Shown in pieces: positions 24,301 to 37,828 of a stretch of DNA of 64,000 nucleotides (within the stretch, counting starts at the first letter, position 1; each line of letters opens with the position of its first letter). The notes under the pieces were generated by a model. That model did not search any database. It worked only from the letters and a program-made list of their open reading frames with translations, and was not told the origin of the DNA. The stretch covers positions 2,807,181 through 2,871,180 of the forward strand of contig NW_003314265.1 in assembly GCF_000143415.4 (NCBI RefSeq). Direction: 5' to 3'. Made by a program: the position numbers and the translations under genes. This stretch comes from Selaginella moellendorffii (taxonomy: Eukaryota; Plantae; Lycopodiophyta).

Positions 24301-25139
24301 ACAACTTAACACTTGAGCTAAGAGAATTAATAGAAAATTTACTCTTAAGAGAACACAAACTCTTTATCAACAATGATAAAACAAAAGCTTTTAACAACAC
24401 TCACAATTAGGGACATATACTCAATTTTGGAATAGGAAATACTTAACACTAGAATTGATCAAAGACTCTGCCAAATAAACAAAAGCAAGATTATTAACTT
24501 CTTGCATATGTTTAACATCTAAATTAGTATGAGGAAGACAAAAAACACTTAACTCAACATTAGACCGAGAATGAGAATTATAAAAGTCATAAATGATTAA
24601 TGTGCCATGAGAAGGAAACATTGAAAATAAGGAAGAAACACTAAAAATATAAAAAGTTGGATCAGGTTGAAAAATAAAAAAAGGTTGGGAAAGAGTAAAA
24701 GGTAAAATGAAAGGAATAGATGGCAAATTAAAAGATTGATATCTACCCTGTGAAATCTTTAATTCATCTCTAAAACTATCTTTTCAATGTCTAGTATTGG
24801 AAGAGGCTAAGAAGGTGAATTATTACATAAAAGAAGGGAGTAGCAATTCTGAATTTATGCTTTAAATGAGCACCTTCACACTACTATTATAAAGATGATT
24901 AGATCATTTACAACAACAATAGCTTAATGTGAGAACGAGAATGAGGCCCACTAAATGTTACTCAACACCAGAGATGCCTAATAAAAAAACAAGAGAGGAT
25001 TATCTAAGTGATGAAATTAGTTCATCATTTGGCTCTACCTTTTAACATTATCAAATCTAAGGTTAAAAAATTTAAAACTTTCATACAAAAGAAGATTATT
25101 CTTCTCATGTAAACTCAGTCAATGCTTGAAAGTTTCTTC

Positions 25140-26580
25140 TGGGGATAGCACAAGAGGAAGAGGAGAAGCTATATGTTGGAAAAGAGGAGCCTATAATTTT
25201 CCATCATGATTGATAAGAGTACTGATAAAGCATTGGAGAAACACTGGATTGTTTAATATTATCTACCTAGAAGCTAGAGGTCAGCTAGTTTGCAAGTTTA
25301 TAAGGCTTTTCTTTATTGAAGGAAGAATGGTGGAGGCAATTGTTTTTACTCCAGAAGCTCTCTTCTTACAACTTGAGCTAGATTTGAAAAAGCTTGACTC
25401 TGATAAAGCCACAGGATAAAGTCTCATCCCTAATTGGATGTAGAACAAGTGTGGTACAATATTTGAAGGAGAAGCATTGTAAGATCCTTGGTGTTCATTG
25501 TGTTGTTTATAGGGAGGTGCTTGCTGCAACAGATGGTTCAACTTTTAATTGTAATGCTTTTTATGAGATTGATAAATTGGTCAAGGAAAATGCTATTATT
25601 GCATGAAGTATATTGGTTATTTCATAATCAAGTTATATAACATTTGGTTCAATCTATACCAGCTTTATTAGAGCAACGGCAAGAACTAGAGAAAGTAAAA
25701 TATAAGATGTTAACAATATTTCAAGTACTTAGTGTCTTTGTCATGGTATGGTAGATACTTGTTTAGTGTAAGTCTAATTTTTCATTCATTTATTGGCATA
25801 CATGTTTTTAGAGTTGAACAAATTTAGCCTTCTAGTATGAAAAGAATGTCACCAACTACTCTAAGCTTAGAGATTAATTGGATGTGATAGTGGAGAGGTT
25901 ATATTTAGATCTATTTTTGGAGGTAATTCTCCAAAGTAAAGAAGGTTCATTATCATTCATCAACATGAGTGGTGTGATAGAGGTATACAACCCCAACTCT
26001 GTACATATACATTCTTCTCAAGTAGGAATTAATTTAAATGTTAGTATAATGGGAGTAGAGTTAGGTTCTTCTGATGATTCAATCTTTAAAGAGAGGATGT
26101 ACATGCAAGTTACCATGGAGATATCAATTCCCTCAACAGTATAAAGCAAATTAATCCATACTCCTACTTTACAAGGGACTTTGAAGATTAATAAGTTACA
26201 AAAAGATGCTGGCTCAAAAGTCTTATGTACAAAATCAACTTTAACTCATCAAAGGCTGATATTAAAATTTGTCACAATGAAGTGGAAGACTTCATCAACT
26301 TCCTCTCCAAAGCTTGTTCAACATGAGTATTTGTAGCAATGAGCAAATCTAGTGAAATATATTTCTAGGTAATGAATTCTTTACTACTTTTTTATTCTAA
26401 CTCAAATATTAGTACAGGTTTAATGAAATTGTGATAAGTCATTCTAGCCAACACTGCTGCATGCAAAAGAGGTTTCTTATTCCAGAACAATTTAAAAACA
26501 GATATGAGAGTTTGATTATATTTACTCTACTCATTAATGATAGTAAACCTTAATAGCTTAAAACAGTAGATTGGATGAAT
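25140..26580 (+). mobile_element. Highly degenerate hAT transposase remnant
   Basis: LGVHCVVYREVLAA (CxxH-region-like) at ~25490 and NTAACKRGFLFQNNLKTDMR (hAT C-terminal dimerisation-like) at ~26450. Many stops; no termini found. Confidence 0.65.
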
Positions 26581-27613
26581 ATTTTTTGTTTGCTTAGTGA
26601 GGTGGTAGTGGATATACCTAGAATATGCTTCAATATTCTAGGATCTTCCACAATCTAACGGTTGTTATTCATTTAGATTAATATTGTATTTATAATTTAT
26701 AAAACTTCCTAAATACTTTCTAGTATATTCTATTTTATTCTAGCTGATATAAGAGTAATCTTATGGTTATACATGTTTACAATTATAAACTTCCATTTGA
26801 TCAATTAGATTAATAACATTACTATTAAAAAAACCAAGCATTGTTGCATGCAATGAGTAGCAAATTATTCAAATTTAGAGAGATTTAGAAATCACTTAAA
26901 AAGTTTAAGTGATATTGAAAACATTTGCTATACATTTTATGCAGCAATTCTTAGTTTGCTTAATAGTAGTGTCATCCCTATTTATTAATCTAATTTATCA
27001 AATGGAAGTTTATAATTTATAAATACAAGATTAATCTTATTAGATATCAAGATGAATAAATGAATAATAACTGTTAACATATTTTAAAATATTCAAAAAT
27101 ATTCTAAGCTTAAAAAAACCTAAAAATTAGAACTAATTTATCATGTCAAATGAAAAACTTGTTATGTATATAAAATCAGTAAAGGAAAGGTAGAGGGTCT
27201 GGTGAAGTTTCTGCCTGCTCCATGATGTTATCTCAGAGCATTGAGCATATACAGCAGCGAGGTCAATTTTCCAGACAACAATCCAGAGGTGCCCACAGCC
27301 GCGAGCAAGCCACTGTGTGGCGGTGTGTGGCAAGGGCATCGAGCAAGAGGCTATGGAGATTGCGAAGAAGCTGTAGAGATACATTTTTTTACAAGCGGAG
27401 GAAGATTGTGGAATCATTCCGATCACGAGCCACAGATATTTGTGGAAGGATATTCTCGTGGGCATGAAATTAGCGGAGTAAATATTTTCCTGAATAGATA
27501 TTGACAATGATTCCTCTCAAAGTCAAAAGTTACGTATAGTTACGTAAGATCAAAGCTGCAATAGTTTGTATAGAAGTGATTCATTGGGCGAGGAAGTTTC
27601 GACTCCTAGGAGC

Positions 27614-29174
27614 ATGGGAATCACTATAGCGATCCTCGTGTGCTTGCTCGCGACCGCGGCGATCATCAAGTCACTGCGCGCAAGGAGATCGTCCAGACTC
27701 CCGCCCGGTCCAATCTCCTTCCCGGTGGTGGGATCTTTGCTCTCGCTCCGCCAGCCCCTCCACCGCCACTTCGCGCGCCTGGCCGATCGCTACGGCCCCA
27801 TCGTCTTCCTCAAGATCGGCATGGTTCCATACGTTATCGCCAACACCGCTCGCGCCGCCGAGTTCTTCCTCAAGATCCACGACGCCGAGTTCGCCAATCG
27901 CCCCCAGTCGGAGGAGTTCTTCCGGATCTTCAGCTTCGGCTGGAGCGACCTGGCCTTCCGCTCACCGGGGCCCGAGTGGAAGCTCATGCGCAAGATCTGC
28001 GCCACGAACCTCTTCAGCAACGCTATGCTCGCCACCAGCGCCCCCTACCGGCGATCGCAGCTCCAGTCCGCCATGGACGCCATCCTCGATCGATCACGGG
28101 GCGGCGAGCCCGTGAACTTGCGGACCCTCTTCGCCCGATACACGTCGGGGTCGCTGTGCCTGACGCTCTTCAGCGAGGAGTGTCCCGAGGTGGTGGAGAC
28201 GATCAACAACATGGCCGGGCAGGCGATCAACCTCAACATCGGCGAGATCATCCCGTCGCTCGACTGGATGGATCTCCACGGCGTGTACGCCAAGATGAGG
28301 GGCGAGATCATGCCCCGGATCAAGGCGCTGCTCGACGATCAAGTCCGGGAGCACCAGGAGCGCAAGAAGGCGGCGGGCGATGGGTTTGTCTGCCGCGACT
28401 TTGTGGACGTTCTCATCTCCCTGGACGAGAGTGACAAGCTCTCGGACCAAGAGATCATCGGCCTCCTGTGTGTAAGTGATCACCATCCTTCTCGATCCTC
28501 TTCTCTGCGATGTGACGATCGATCGAACTTTCTTCCAGGATATGGTGGGTGCCGGATTCAAAACCTCCATGGAGTCGATCGAGTGGTGCATGGCAGAAGT
28601 GATCAGTAAACCCGAGATCATGCGCAAGGCCCAAGAAGAACTGGATCAAATCATCGGGAGGGAGCGCGCGGTGGAAGAACACGATCTTCAAAACCTTCCA
28701 TTCATCCAGGCGATCCTCAAGGAGGCCCTCCGCCTCCACCCGGCGGTGCCCCTGGGAATGCCCCACTACAACCTCCGCCCCGTGGAGCTCGGCGATGGCC
28801 ATGGCACCATAATCCCCGCCAAATGCAAACTCCTCGTCAATCTCTGGGCGGCGAACCGCGATCCAGCGCACTGGACAAGCCCCCACGAATTCCAGCCCGA
28901 GCGATTCCTGGGGACCAACATCTCGCCCGGGGGGCAGCACTTCCAGATCATCCCATTCTCCGCCGGGAGGAGGATGTGCGCCGGCTATGGCCTTGCCATG
29001 CGCTCCCTCTTCTTCCTCCTCGCCAGCCTGCTACACGGATTCATCTGGAGCGAGATCTCGGACAATCCCATCGCACTGGAGGAATCGATCGGAACCATTT
29101 CGTGCCCACCTGCGAAGGACCTGATCGTCGCGGCGTCGCCCAGGATCGAGGAGCGAATTCTCGCTCAGTACTAA
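27614..29174 (+). CDS. Cytochrome P450, CYP71-clan-like; 2 exons (intron 28472-28538)
   Basis: N-terminal TM, LPPGP, EALRLHP, PERF and heme motif PFSAGRRMCAG. Single GT-AG intron just before the I-helix. Confidence 0.95.
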
Positions 29175-29532
29175 GAACCCTAATCTGGCAAGAGAATATT
29201 CTGGCAAAAGCAATGTGTTTGTAATGGATATTCTAGTGAAGGGGTTTATCGGGGGTTTGATCCAAATGCTCTCGAATCAATGTCCGGTGCTCTGCGAAGA
29301 TCAGCTCCTCCATTCTCAGCGGTGAGATTTCCTGGAGAACTTCTCGAATTATTTGGAGCTTGTAGCCACCCCCGCCTTCTTCCTTGCTCCTCCAGCGCCA
29401 GAGCTACTGGGAGACACGCGGAGCAACACTCGATTGGTTCTCGAATTACTCCAGATTCGAGTCGATTATCCGTTAGCAATTCAGCAAATCTTCCCTTCCC
29501 AGGTTTTGATGGCTGTGTGTGGGAATTCAGGT

Positions 29533-30320
29533 ACCAAGATCTCAATGAGCGATGCCATAGAAAAGAATACTAATTCCAGGGATGTAAAACAGCAATGTTA
29601 ACGACATGGTGGAAGATGGCTAAGAAGAAATCGTCAACACGGATCTATCTTCGGATTGACAACTTCAAAGTTAGATATGCTCACGTTCCTCAGCTCTCTT
29701 GTATCCTTGGGCTTGGTGATGTTACTTCTTTGCAGCAGCCATATCTTCCTTGAAGAAACTTAAGATGTGGCAATAGATTCACGGGACATGAGTGCGTTTC
29801 AAGACTGTTCCTTTGATGCGGTCATTGACAAAGGTAACAAAGTAATAGTTTACTCTCAAGAGTCTCCTCTTACATTTTCTTTCTCTTTGTTTTTCAGGCC
29901 TGGCCGACGCCATGCTAGTAAGTGTTTGTGTCACCAAAAACATCCTTGTCTAATGCAATTTGCGTTCCTTCTTTCAGTGTGGAGTTGATCCGGCCGAAGG
30001 CGTTCTACACATGCTAAGAGAAACTTATCTCGCTTGCAGGATTTTGAGACCACAAGGAGTGTTTATGCTGGTAGGAAGAAAAAAACACTTCTATAGTTCC
30101 TGATCTATAAACATTCTCACTGCAGATCACATACAGCCACCCCGAAATACGAATGCCGGCGTTGCAGGAACCAGGATTGAAATGGTCCATCCTTCTGTAC
30201 GCCTTGGGTATGTTTTGAGCTCAAAACGGGATAAGCTCACTCTGTGTGTTTTCTTCTCAGCCAAGCAAAGCCGTAATGGAAACCATTGAGGGAGTAACTC
30301 CAGATTCACTGCCCATTGAC
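29533..30320 (+). pseudogene. EEF1AKMT4/METTL13-like SAM methyltransferase pseudogene
   Basis: Exon fragments DSRDMSAFQDCSFDAVIDKG, ILRPQGVFML and ITYSHPEIRMP with short introns. Frameshifts; 5' part missing. Confidence 0.65.
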
Positions 30321-30512
30321 GAGCGCAACTGGTCTCAAGATTTTGGAATATATTTAATTAACTTTACTAGCTAAAAGTATTTATCTAACCACATTTTAAT
30401 CTAAGATACAACTAATTACCTTTTCCCTCGCTACCATATAACAGCGAAAATGCTTGTGAGGGTTTATCACTTTCCATCCTCTCCAAGAGCGATCAAGTAA
30501 GACCAATCGATC

Positions 30513-31823
30513 ATGGGAGTTCCTGGGTTTTTCGCCTGGCTCGTATCCAAGCATCCTCGGTGCGTGAGGGACGCGATTGATGGTGCCAAGAACAATATTC
30601 TTCGCTACGACAACGCGAACTTGTACGTGGACCTCAACACCATCATCTGGGTCATCCTGGAAAGCCACGATTGCCCGCCCACCTTCGCCACTTTTTACCA
30701 AGAGTTCCTCGACTCGCTCCGCAAGCTCGTCGCCATGGTGGCTCCGAGCAAGCTCGTCTTCCTAGCCCTGGATGGAAGGCCTCCCACCCCCAAGCTCTTC
30801 AGCAAGAAGCCGTGTCGCTACAATCGCGATGCTTCTCTCTCCTCCTTGTCCTCCTCGGAGGATGAGCTCGATTCCACCAAAGGTCAGACAGGTGATCTCA
30901 TCCCACGCAATCGCAAGGCCAAGATGGCGATGGTCCGCCATGGAACGCCTTTCATGAACGGGCTGGAGAGTGAACTGCGACGATTTGTGGCAAGCATGAT
31001 GCTGTCAAGTTCATATGATCATCGCCGGAGGAGATCAATGACTAGCTCGAGGCTCCAGTGGATCGTTTCCACGTCCGAGGAGGACGGGGAGGGCGAGCTC
31101 AAGATCTTCAACCACATACGGGCTCTGCCGTTCAACGCCCACGACTTCCACTGCGTGGTTGGACGCGACGCCGACTTGATCATGCTGGCTCTCGCTAGCC
31201 CGCTCTCCAGGAAGATCAACATCGTCCGCCAGACGCCGAAGGACGGAGTGATGATTTACAAACTCATCAGCATCGAGACGCTCGTGCGTGATTTCGAGGT
31301 GCAGATGGAAGAGCCGTGCTCCGTGCGGCTGCGGTCCACCATGAGGGATCTCGTGTTCCTGTGCTTCCTTCTGGGGAACGATTTCCTGCCCGGCCTGGAG
31401 GCGCTCACAATCCGAAACAATGGCATCGACAAGCTCCAGCAAACGTACATGGAGGTTTTCAGCGAGGCAGGGGAGTTTATAATCAACTGTGATGGGCATG
31501 TCAACATGAGAGCGCTGGAGCGATTTCTATTGCATCTGTCGAGGCAACTAGAGACATCAAAGAAGTTAGAATCTAGTGTTGAGACGAACATGATAATGTG
31601 GTCATCGTATATCAACATTCTAAGGTGGTGCGCAGACTATTATTTTAATGGAGTGGTGTTGGACGAGTCCTACTACTCGTGGGAGAATGCTCCAGCCATG
31701 GGAAGATTCATCAACTTCATGGGCACACACTCATGTGGCACGGTAAATTCAAGACCTCTACTCCCACCAGTTACTGCTACGAGCGTTCTTAACTTAAGAC
31801 CTCAGTGGTTGAAATCCTGTTAA
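30513..31823 (+). CDS. Intronless, short XRN-family 5'-3' exoribonuclease-like protein
   Basis: MGVPGFFAWL, NLYVDLN, LALDG.PP, GEGELKI, GRDADLIMLAL and FLLGNDFLP in one 436-aa ORF. Confidence 0.88.
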   Translation: MGVPGFFAWLVSKHPRCVRDAIDGAKNNILRYDNANLYVDLNTIIWVILESHDCPPTFATFYQEFLDSLRKLVAMVAPSKLVFLALDGRPPTPKLFSKKPCRYNRDASLSSLSSSEDELDSTKGQTGDLIPRNRKAKMAMVRHGTPFMNGLESELRRFVASMMLSSSYDHRRRRSMTSSRLQWIVSTSEEDGEGELKIFNHIRALPFNAHDFHCVVGRDADLIMLALASPLSRKINIVRQTPKDGVMIYKLISIETLVRDFEVQMEEPCSVRLRSTMRDLVFLCFLLGNDFLPGLEALTIRNNGIDKLQQTYMEVFSEAGEFIINCDGHVNMRALERFLLHLSRQLETSKKLESSVETNMIMWSSYINILRWCADYYFNGVVLDESYYSWENAPAMGRFINFMGTHSCGTVNSRPLLPPVTATSVLNLRPQWLKSC

Positions 31824-31919
31824 TATCGTATGGAATGACGGTAAATTCTAGTAAGAGCAAAAGGGAAGATCGACCAGACTTTACAAACTTAGATCTTTAA
31901 TACTAATATATACATTTTA

Positions 31920-33640
31920 AAATCAAAGAGTTCCCAGTATGAGTCGTCGGAGCGACCAAGCAATCCAGCCGCCGGCTGCTATCGCAGAAGCTTCTACTTC
32001 TCGGCACGGGTCTTGGAGAAGAGTGGTGTCAACCTTGAGGTTCCTGACGGCCTGGATGGTCGTGCCTGGCACCTTGTTCACAAGCCCCGGCAGCACGTCC
32101 ACCTTGCACCCCCGCTCGATGGTCAGCTCGATGTTTAGCCTGTGGAGCTCCTGGCGGCAGCATAAGAATGTGCCATCTCCCACGCTTGGATATGATCCCT
32201 GGTCTCGATGGAGCACCGCCGATCGAGTTGAGCGAGACGTTGAGCCGGTCCTGCCTGTAAGTCCGGACGTGTGAGGTAGAAGGCGTTGTGAGGGTCCGTC
32301 GTCACCTTTGCCTTGTCGTATCTAGAGTCGAGAGAGTCTGGCACGCCACCAGGAGCGTCGTCCAAGTCCGGTTCAAAAGGCATGGTGTCGATGAGCTCCA
32401 CGGCCTGGCCGAACAGCCCCGTCCGGCGCATGGGATCCGCCAGGCAGTCGTAGTGAGCCAGCGTCGGTCTCACGCCATGATAGTCTTGGATCATGTTGGC
32501 GAAGTCAGGTGGATGCCGCTTGATCACTTCCACCACCATCATCCCGTTCTCGCTGAGAGGAGAGTCCCCTGCCTTCTTAGCAAGTTTACGGCGTTTGAAA
32601 GCAGGATGATCACAGTAATGATCCACCGCCTCTGGTGCCTTCCTCTTGTTTCGAAGCAGCTCAAACCCCGAGTAGAATAGTCCTGTTTACAAGGAAAAGA
32701 GTTAGCAGATCACAGAATTCACGAAACAAACTTACTGTCAGGGAGAGTAAGTTCCCAGGGATTGAGAGGCGGATGATCACAGTAATGATCCACCACCGGC
32801 GGTGCCTTCCTCTTGTTTCCGAGCAGCTCAAACTCCGGGTAGAATAGCCCTGTTTACAAGGGAAAGAGTTAGCCGATCCCCCATACAAATCAAGAAACAA
32901 ACTTACTGTTAGAGAGAGTAACTTTGAGGCGATCAAGAGGCGGGTGATCATAGTAATCCGGCGGTGCCTTCCTCTTGTTTCCAAGCAGCTCCACTCGATC
33001 ATGGTAGAATAGCCCTGTTAGGAAAAGAGTTAGCCAATCCCTCAGAAATCACGAAAAAACTTACTGTTAGGGAAAGTATGTTTGCGGTAATCGAGAGGGC
33101 CGTGATCATGGTAATGATCCACCGCTGGAGGTGCCTTTCCAAGCAGCTTCACTGCGCCAAACTCCGGGTAGAATAGCCCTGTTTACAAGAAAAAGAATTA
33201 GCCAGAAATCACGAAACCAGACGAGATCATGGGAACCTTGACCCAGCTCGGGCTTCCAGGAGAGCTCCTGTAGCTCCACCACCTTTTCATCGTCACAGCG
33301 TCGGATTTGCTGCCGCTCGGGCGGTTTGATGCAAAGCTGTTCGAGGGAGGATTCGTGCTGCGCCAAGAGAGAGCATTAACAGAAAAGGAAAGGAAGGGGA
33401 AAACGAGAAAGGAAGAAGAGCCATACCTTTTCCTGTGCAGCTTCCATTTCCTGAGCCTGCAAGAACGAGGAAAGAAATCTTGAGAAGAAGACCCAAAAAA
33501 AACTTACCTGGATGAGAGAGTCCAAATCGTCCGGGAGCTCGTCCTTGACATTCCACTCGGTGCATACAAAATCGACAGCAAAAATTATCTCCACAATCTG
33601 TAACATCTCCAGCAACACCATAGAGAGAGAGCGAGAACAA
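31920..33640 (-). pseudogene. Unknown multi-exon gene or pseudogene with tandemly duplicated exons
   Basis: Paralog of 6100-6930. Minus-strand GT-AG introns and ORF 32135-32626. Confidence 0.6.
32605..33215 (-). repeat. ~165-bp tandem repeat, about 4 units, each an exon plus intron
   Basis: Recurrent ggtgccttcctcttgttt..gtagaatagccctgtttacaag..gagttagc..aaacttactgt. On the minus strand each unit contains GTAAGT...CTAAC...CAG. Confidence 0.88.
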
Positions 33641-36566
33641 GCAAATACCTAAAGAGAGATTATTTTGTAGTCTGGAAGTTTAGGGCTTTTGGCCGATCGG
33701 CCTCCAGCGAGGCAGGACAGTCTGGTAGTCACTGATGAATCGCTCGGAGCCCCGACGCTGGAGAAGTACAGGAGTTCCCTCGCGGGGCATAAGTGGAGCC
33801 ACGGCGAGGCAGCCATGAACAACGACACCAAGTTCTTGGCAGGTGGGAAGAGATTTGAGCGTGTTCTCCCATCTTCGAGAAACGATGGCGATGCAACATC
33901 ACGGTGTCGGGGTGGTCGGTGAGGAAATGCTGGTAGAGTGCTATGCACGTGGGAAGATCACGGCCGTCCAGAAAGCCATCCTCTTGGAATCCAGCGAGTT
34001 GGAGACGCCATACATGTCGACCACACCGTTTTGTAAATGTTTTAATAATCAAATTATAAAGATGTTTATAGTTTATAAACTTTCTAAAACACCTCCAAGT
34101 ATATATTTAAATGTGTATAATTTATAACATTCTTAAATACATATTGCATGTTTCATATAAGTTGATTTGTGTTTTGGTATGTCATTGACTAAAATAAGAT
34201 GGTGTTTATTGGGAGGCGCTTTTGGCGCCTTCTTAGTCAATTTCATATTTCAGTCTCATTTAATTAAAGTTTTATATAAACATCTCCTATTCTATTTTAT
34301 CTTTAATAGGTTTTGGCTTGTTGGAGCAAACATGCCACTAAAGAAGAGTACCACATAGTTTCTTGTACTTTATAAATCCATTTACTTTGAGGATTTGACA
34401 ACTAAGATGCTGATAAGATCTTAACTCACAAGGTATTATGCTTTTGTGTCAAATTTCTAGAGGACAACTTCATCAGTTATACAAATGTTCAATTTGGATG
34501 GGTGTTGGGATTTGGTTATTCTGAGGCAGAAAGGTACAAGAATAAATATTTAATAGGAAAAAGGAATGAAACAGAGGAAAAGTAATGAAAATTAGTGATA
34601 GTGGTACTAACAGTAAAAAATTTGATAGTGATTTCAACTTAGGTAGGTAAAAACAATTAAGAAGAAATATATAGAAAGGTTGATGTTTATATCTTAATTG
34701 AGGATGATCTTACTAGCGAGCAATTTTGGCTCATTTAGTGTTGCAAATTAACTTATAATTTGAAGAAGGTTTTAACAAATGTATGGTTGTAACATTTTTT
34801 GGAAGGTACATATGTTTCTAACCTAAGTAAGATTCATGGCGACAAAATATATAAATTACTTAATACTAAACCAGTTCACTATGTTTATTATCAAGTAACA
34901 AAAGTTTAAATGACTTCATCAGTTTCAAACCGTAGTATTTGAACCTAAGCAATCTCAACTATATGCAAATTTTAATTATTAAGATTGAGTAGAAGAGTAG
35001 TTTGTTTTTGTTGTTGTTTCATATGTAGTAGTGAGGAGATAAGTTGGCACAAATCTAAATACTAGAACTAAATACTTAATACTTTTAGTAAAAGAAAATA
35101 AACAATATACCTTATAAATCTCTACTTGAGTTTATCGTAGAGAAGTATCCATTCATTTTTATCTAGATTCTCATAATATAAATGTTTAGTAGAACTTCAA
35201 TACTTCAAAAACTTCTTCACTTTAGTTAAGCACTACTACTACACAAATAGAGCTTACAAACAATGCTACCATGTTAAATTTTCTTATAAGTTTGAGTTTG
35301 TATTTGAGTGGATTTGCTATTGTAGACTCAACTATTATGTCTTTAGAAGTGCTAACCATTGTCATTTCCCCTTTTACACACCAAACCACTATATTAGATT
35401 TGTTATGAATCTGAAGTAATATTTAGTGTTATCTCTAGTTCATGCAATTAAAAATTGGTTTACCACTTTTTTAGCTTTGTGTGGCCACTTAAATTAAAAC
35501 TAGTAAGTACTACTAACTTCTTGTTAGGACTAATTTCATTTTTTGACATTCTATTTTTACAACATTATCAAATTAAGCATACTATAAATTTGATATTAAA
35601 CTAATAAATTTAACTTGATAGCAATATTAATTGTTTTTACAATATCCAGTAAGATAAGTATAAATAGTTTAAAATAAAATATAAGTTGGAAAATATATAC
35701 CTTTATATTTACAGGTTTGAGGCTCTAAAGTACAACACTTCATAATTAGAACCATTTGGAAAAAAATAGATATATAAAAATGCATAAATTCTTGGGAATG
35801 TTTGTTTCATAAAGTTTTTTTGAATTTTCACCAATTCTTATGCTTACAAATCCATCAACTAATGAAATTGGTTCAGGAGTCAAACAAGTACACATTAATT
35901 AATATTAATAACTAAGTATTTAAAACTAGTTGGAAAAAATAGTATTTATCACACTAGTGACTAATTTTTAGTTACAAAAAGTAGTACTTTTTTAAAATCT
36001 TGATTTTCATAAAGTGGACTTTAAATGCTATTTTGAATATCTATAGTTGTAACAAATTGCATTTTCTGAAAAATCATAACAGATGATATTGTATTACTTG
36101 TATTTTTCACCTTATATCCTAAAATAAAAATAAAAAATTTAATTTAAATATAAATAATTTTATTTTAATAAACTTTATTTTCGTTATTTAAATGTTTAAA
36201 TTAAAATTAATTTTTATTTGATATTAAAGATCAGATAAGGTTTTTTTAAAATAAATTAAATTGCAGAAAGCATTTATTTTCAGTATAAAATGCACATATC
36301 TTTTCTAGAATAGAAAGGAGTGTATCGGTTCGAATCCTGGAACATCAAACCCTAAAAAGAAGATGGCTTGCCGCTCCCGATTCTCCTCTAGCGGCACCAG
36401 CTCAATCTTTCTCCACGGGTAAGCAAGGACAAAGAGGGAGCCAAAAAGGGAAATGGCGCCACTGCGGTCTCTCCGTGCCCGAGGTAGAGCCTTCTTCTTC
36501 CTCCTCCTCGTCATCCGCGCTTCGTCCAGCAGCAGCCCTACTTCTTCTTCCTCCTCCCACTCACAA

Positions 36567-37607
36567 ATGGAGGAGGCGGTTTGGCACGCTCTCAGCCTCT
36601 TGCTCTTGCTCCTTGGCTGCGCATGCGGCGCCCTGGCGATCAGATGGCACTCGCTGATTTGCTGCTCCTCCTCCTCCGCCAAGAAAATGCCCTGCTCCGC
36701 CAAATTCGTATCGCCGCTCAAGCCCAGCGACGCCGCCACCAAGGTGGCGGCGGGCATCACCGCCAAGGCCGAGTTGTCCATGATGGAGCAGCTTGTGCCC
36801 GAGATCACTCACCACGTCCTGAGCTACCTGGATTTCAAGAGCTTGTGCTGCATGTCCATGACCAATGTGGCCATGAGGAAGGCCGCGAACGACGAGAGCG
36901 CCTGGAAGTCCCTCTATCACAAGGTTTTCTCTTGTAAGCTTTGCTCTCGAGAGTTTTGATAGCGTTTCTCTGGTGTGGCCTTGGCAGGATTGGAATCCCG
37001 AGCAGCAAAACATCGTCCCCCCGCACGGCTGGAAGGCCTACTACGCCGTAACCAAGGCCGTCGCGGAAGCCAACCGGGCTTTCTACAACAAGTTCAAGGC
37101 AAAGTCTCTGCGAGGGATGGGGCAAATGTGGCTCCACGCGGATTACGTGAAGTGTATCCATCCTGGTGGTGAGCTTATATCAGGGTACAGTATCCCAGCG
37201 TTTCTCGAGAAGAAAAAAAACACAGAAAGGCCAAAGGAAAAAAAAAAAAAAAAAACCAGTTTTTCTTTCGTTTGGTTTCTCGTTTTCGCTAGTGTTTTTC
37301 TTGTTTTGTTTTTTACCTTTGGTTTTCACTCGTGCGTTTTGATGGTTCCAGGTTTGATGCGGTGATGGAGAACTGGCGCTTGGTGTTCAACTGCAGCCAA
37401 AGGTACGATTTCGAGCTCCAGGATGTCAAAGTCCGTGTGAGTGGTGACATGGCCTGGGTGACGAGCAAAGCTTTTGTAAATGCGTCTGTGGAGCCTCTCT
37501 TGTCTACAAATTGTTACGAGCGCCACGACCAGCAGTGGTATGTGGTGCATCACCATTGCTCCCCGCAGCTTGACTTTGCTTTCCCTGACTACGGTATGTT
37601 TAGCTAG
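36567..37607 (+). CDS. SKIP8: F-box protein SKIP8-like (F-box plus SnoaL/NTF2-like domain); 3 exons
   Basis: SMMEQLVPEITHHVLSYLD, AANDESAWKSLYHKD, GWKAYYAVT, WLHADYVKCIHPGG and QWYVVHHHCS. An alternative start is possible at 36453. Confidence 0.88.
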
Positions 37608-37828
37608 CTGAGGTGGTGCTAAGTATTTTTCTCCCTCCCGTCGCAATGAAAGGTGTATATATTGTGAGATCCAGGCAGCCCAGAAAAAGAAGGAAAAAAA
37701 AAAACAAGCCTTTTTTTCCCTCTCGTGTTTTCAGTCTGTCATGCAAGTTGAGTTTATTTTTTCAATGCCATGCTTTGCGAGAGTTTAGTTTCACTCTCGT
37801 CATACGTCCTTGGTGAAACCAAAGCTAC

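Noticed and set aside
33689-34040. Gene fragment on the plus strand
   Set aside because: Frameshifted and not confidently recognisable.
34050-36300. AT-rich block as a possible old transposon
   Set aside because: No termini, TSD or protein motifs found.
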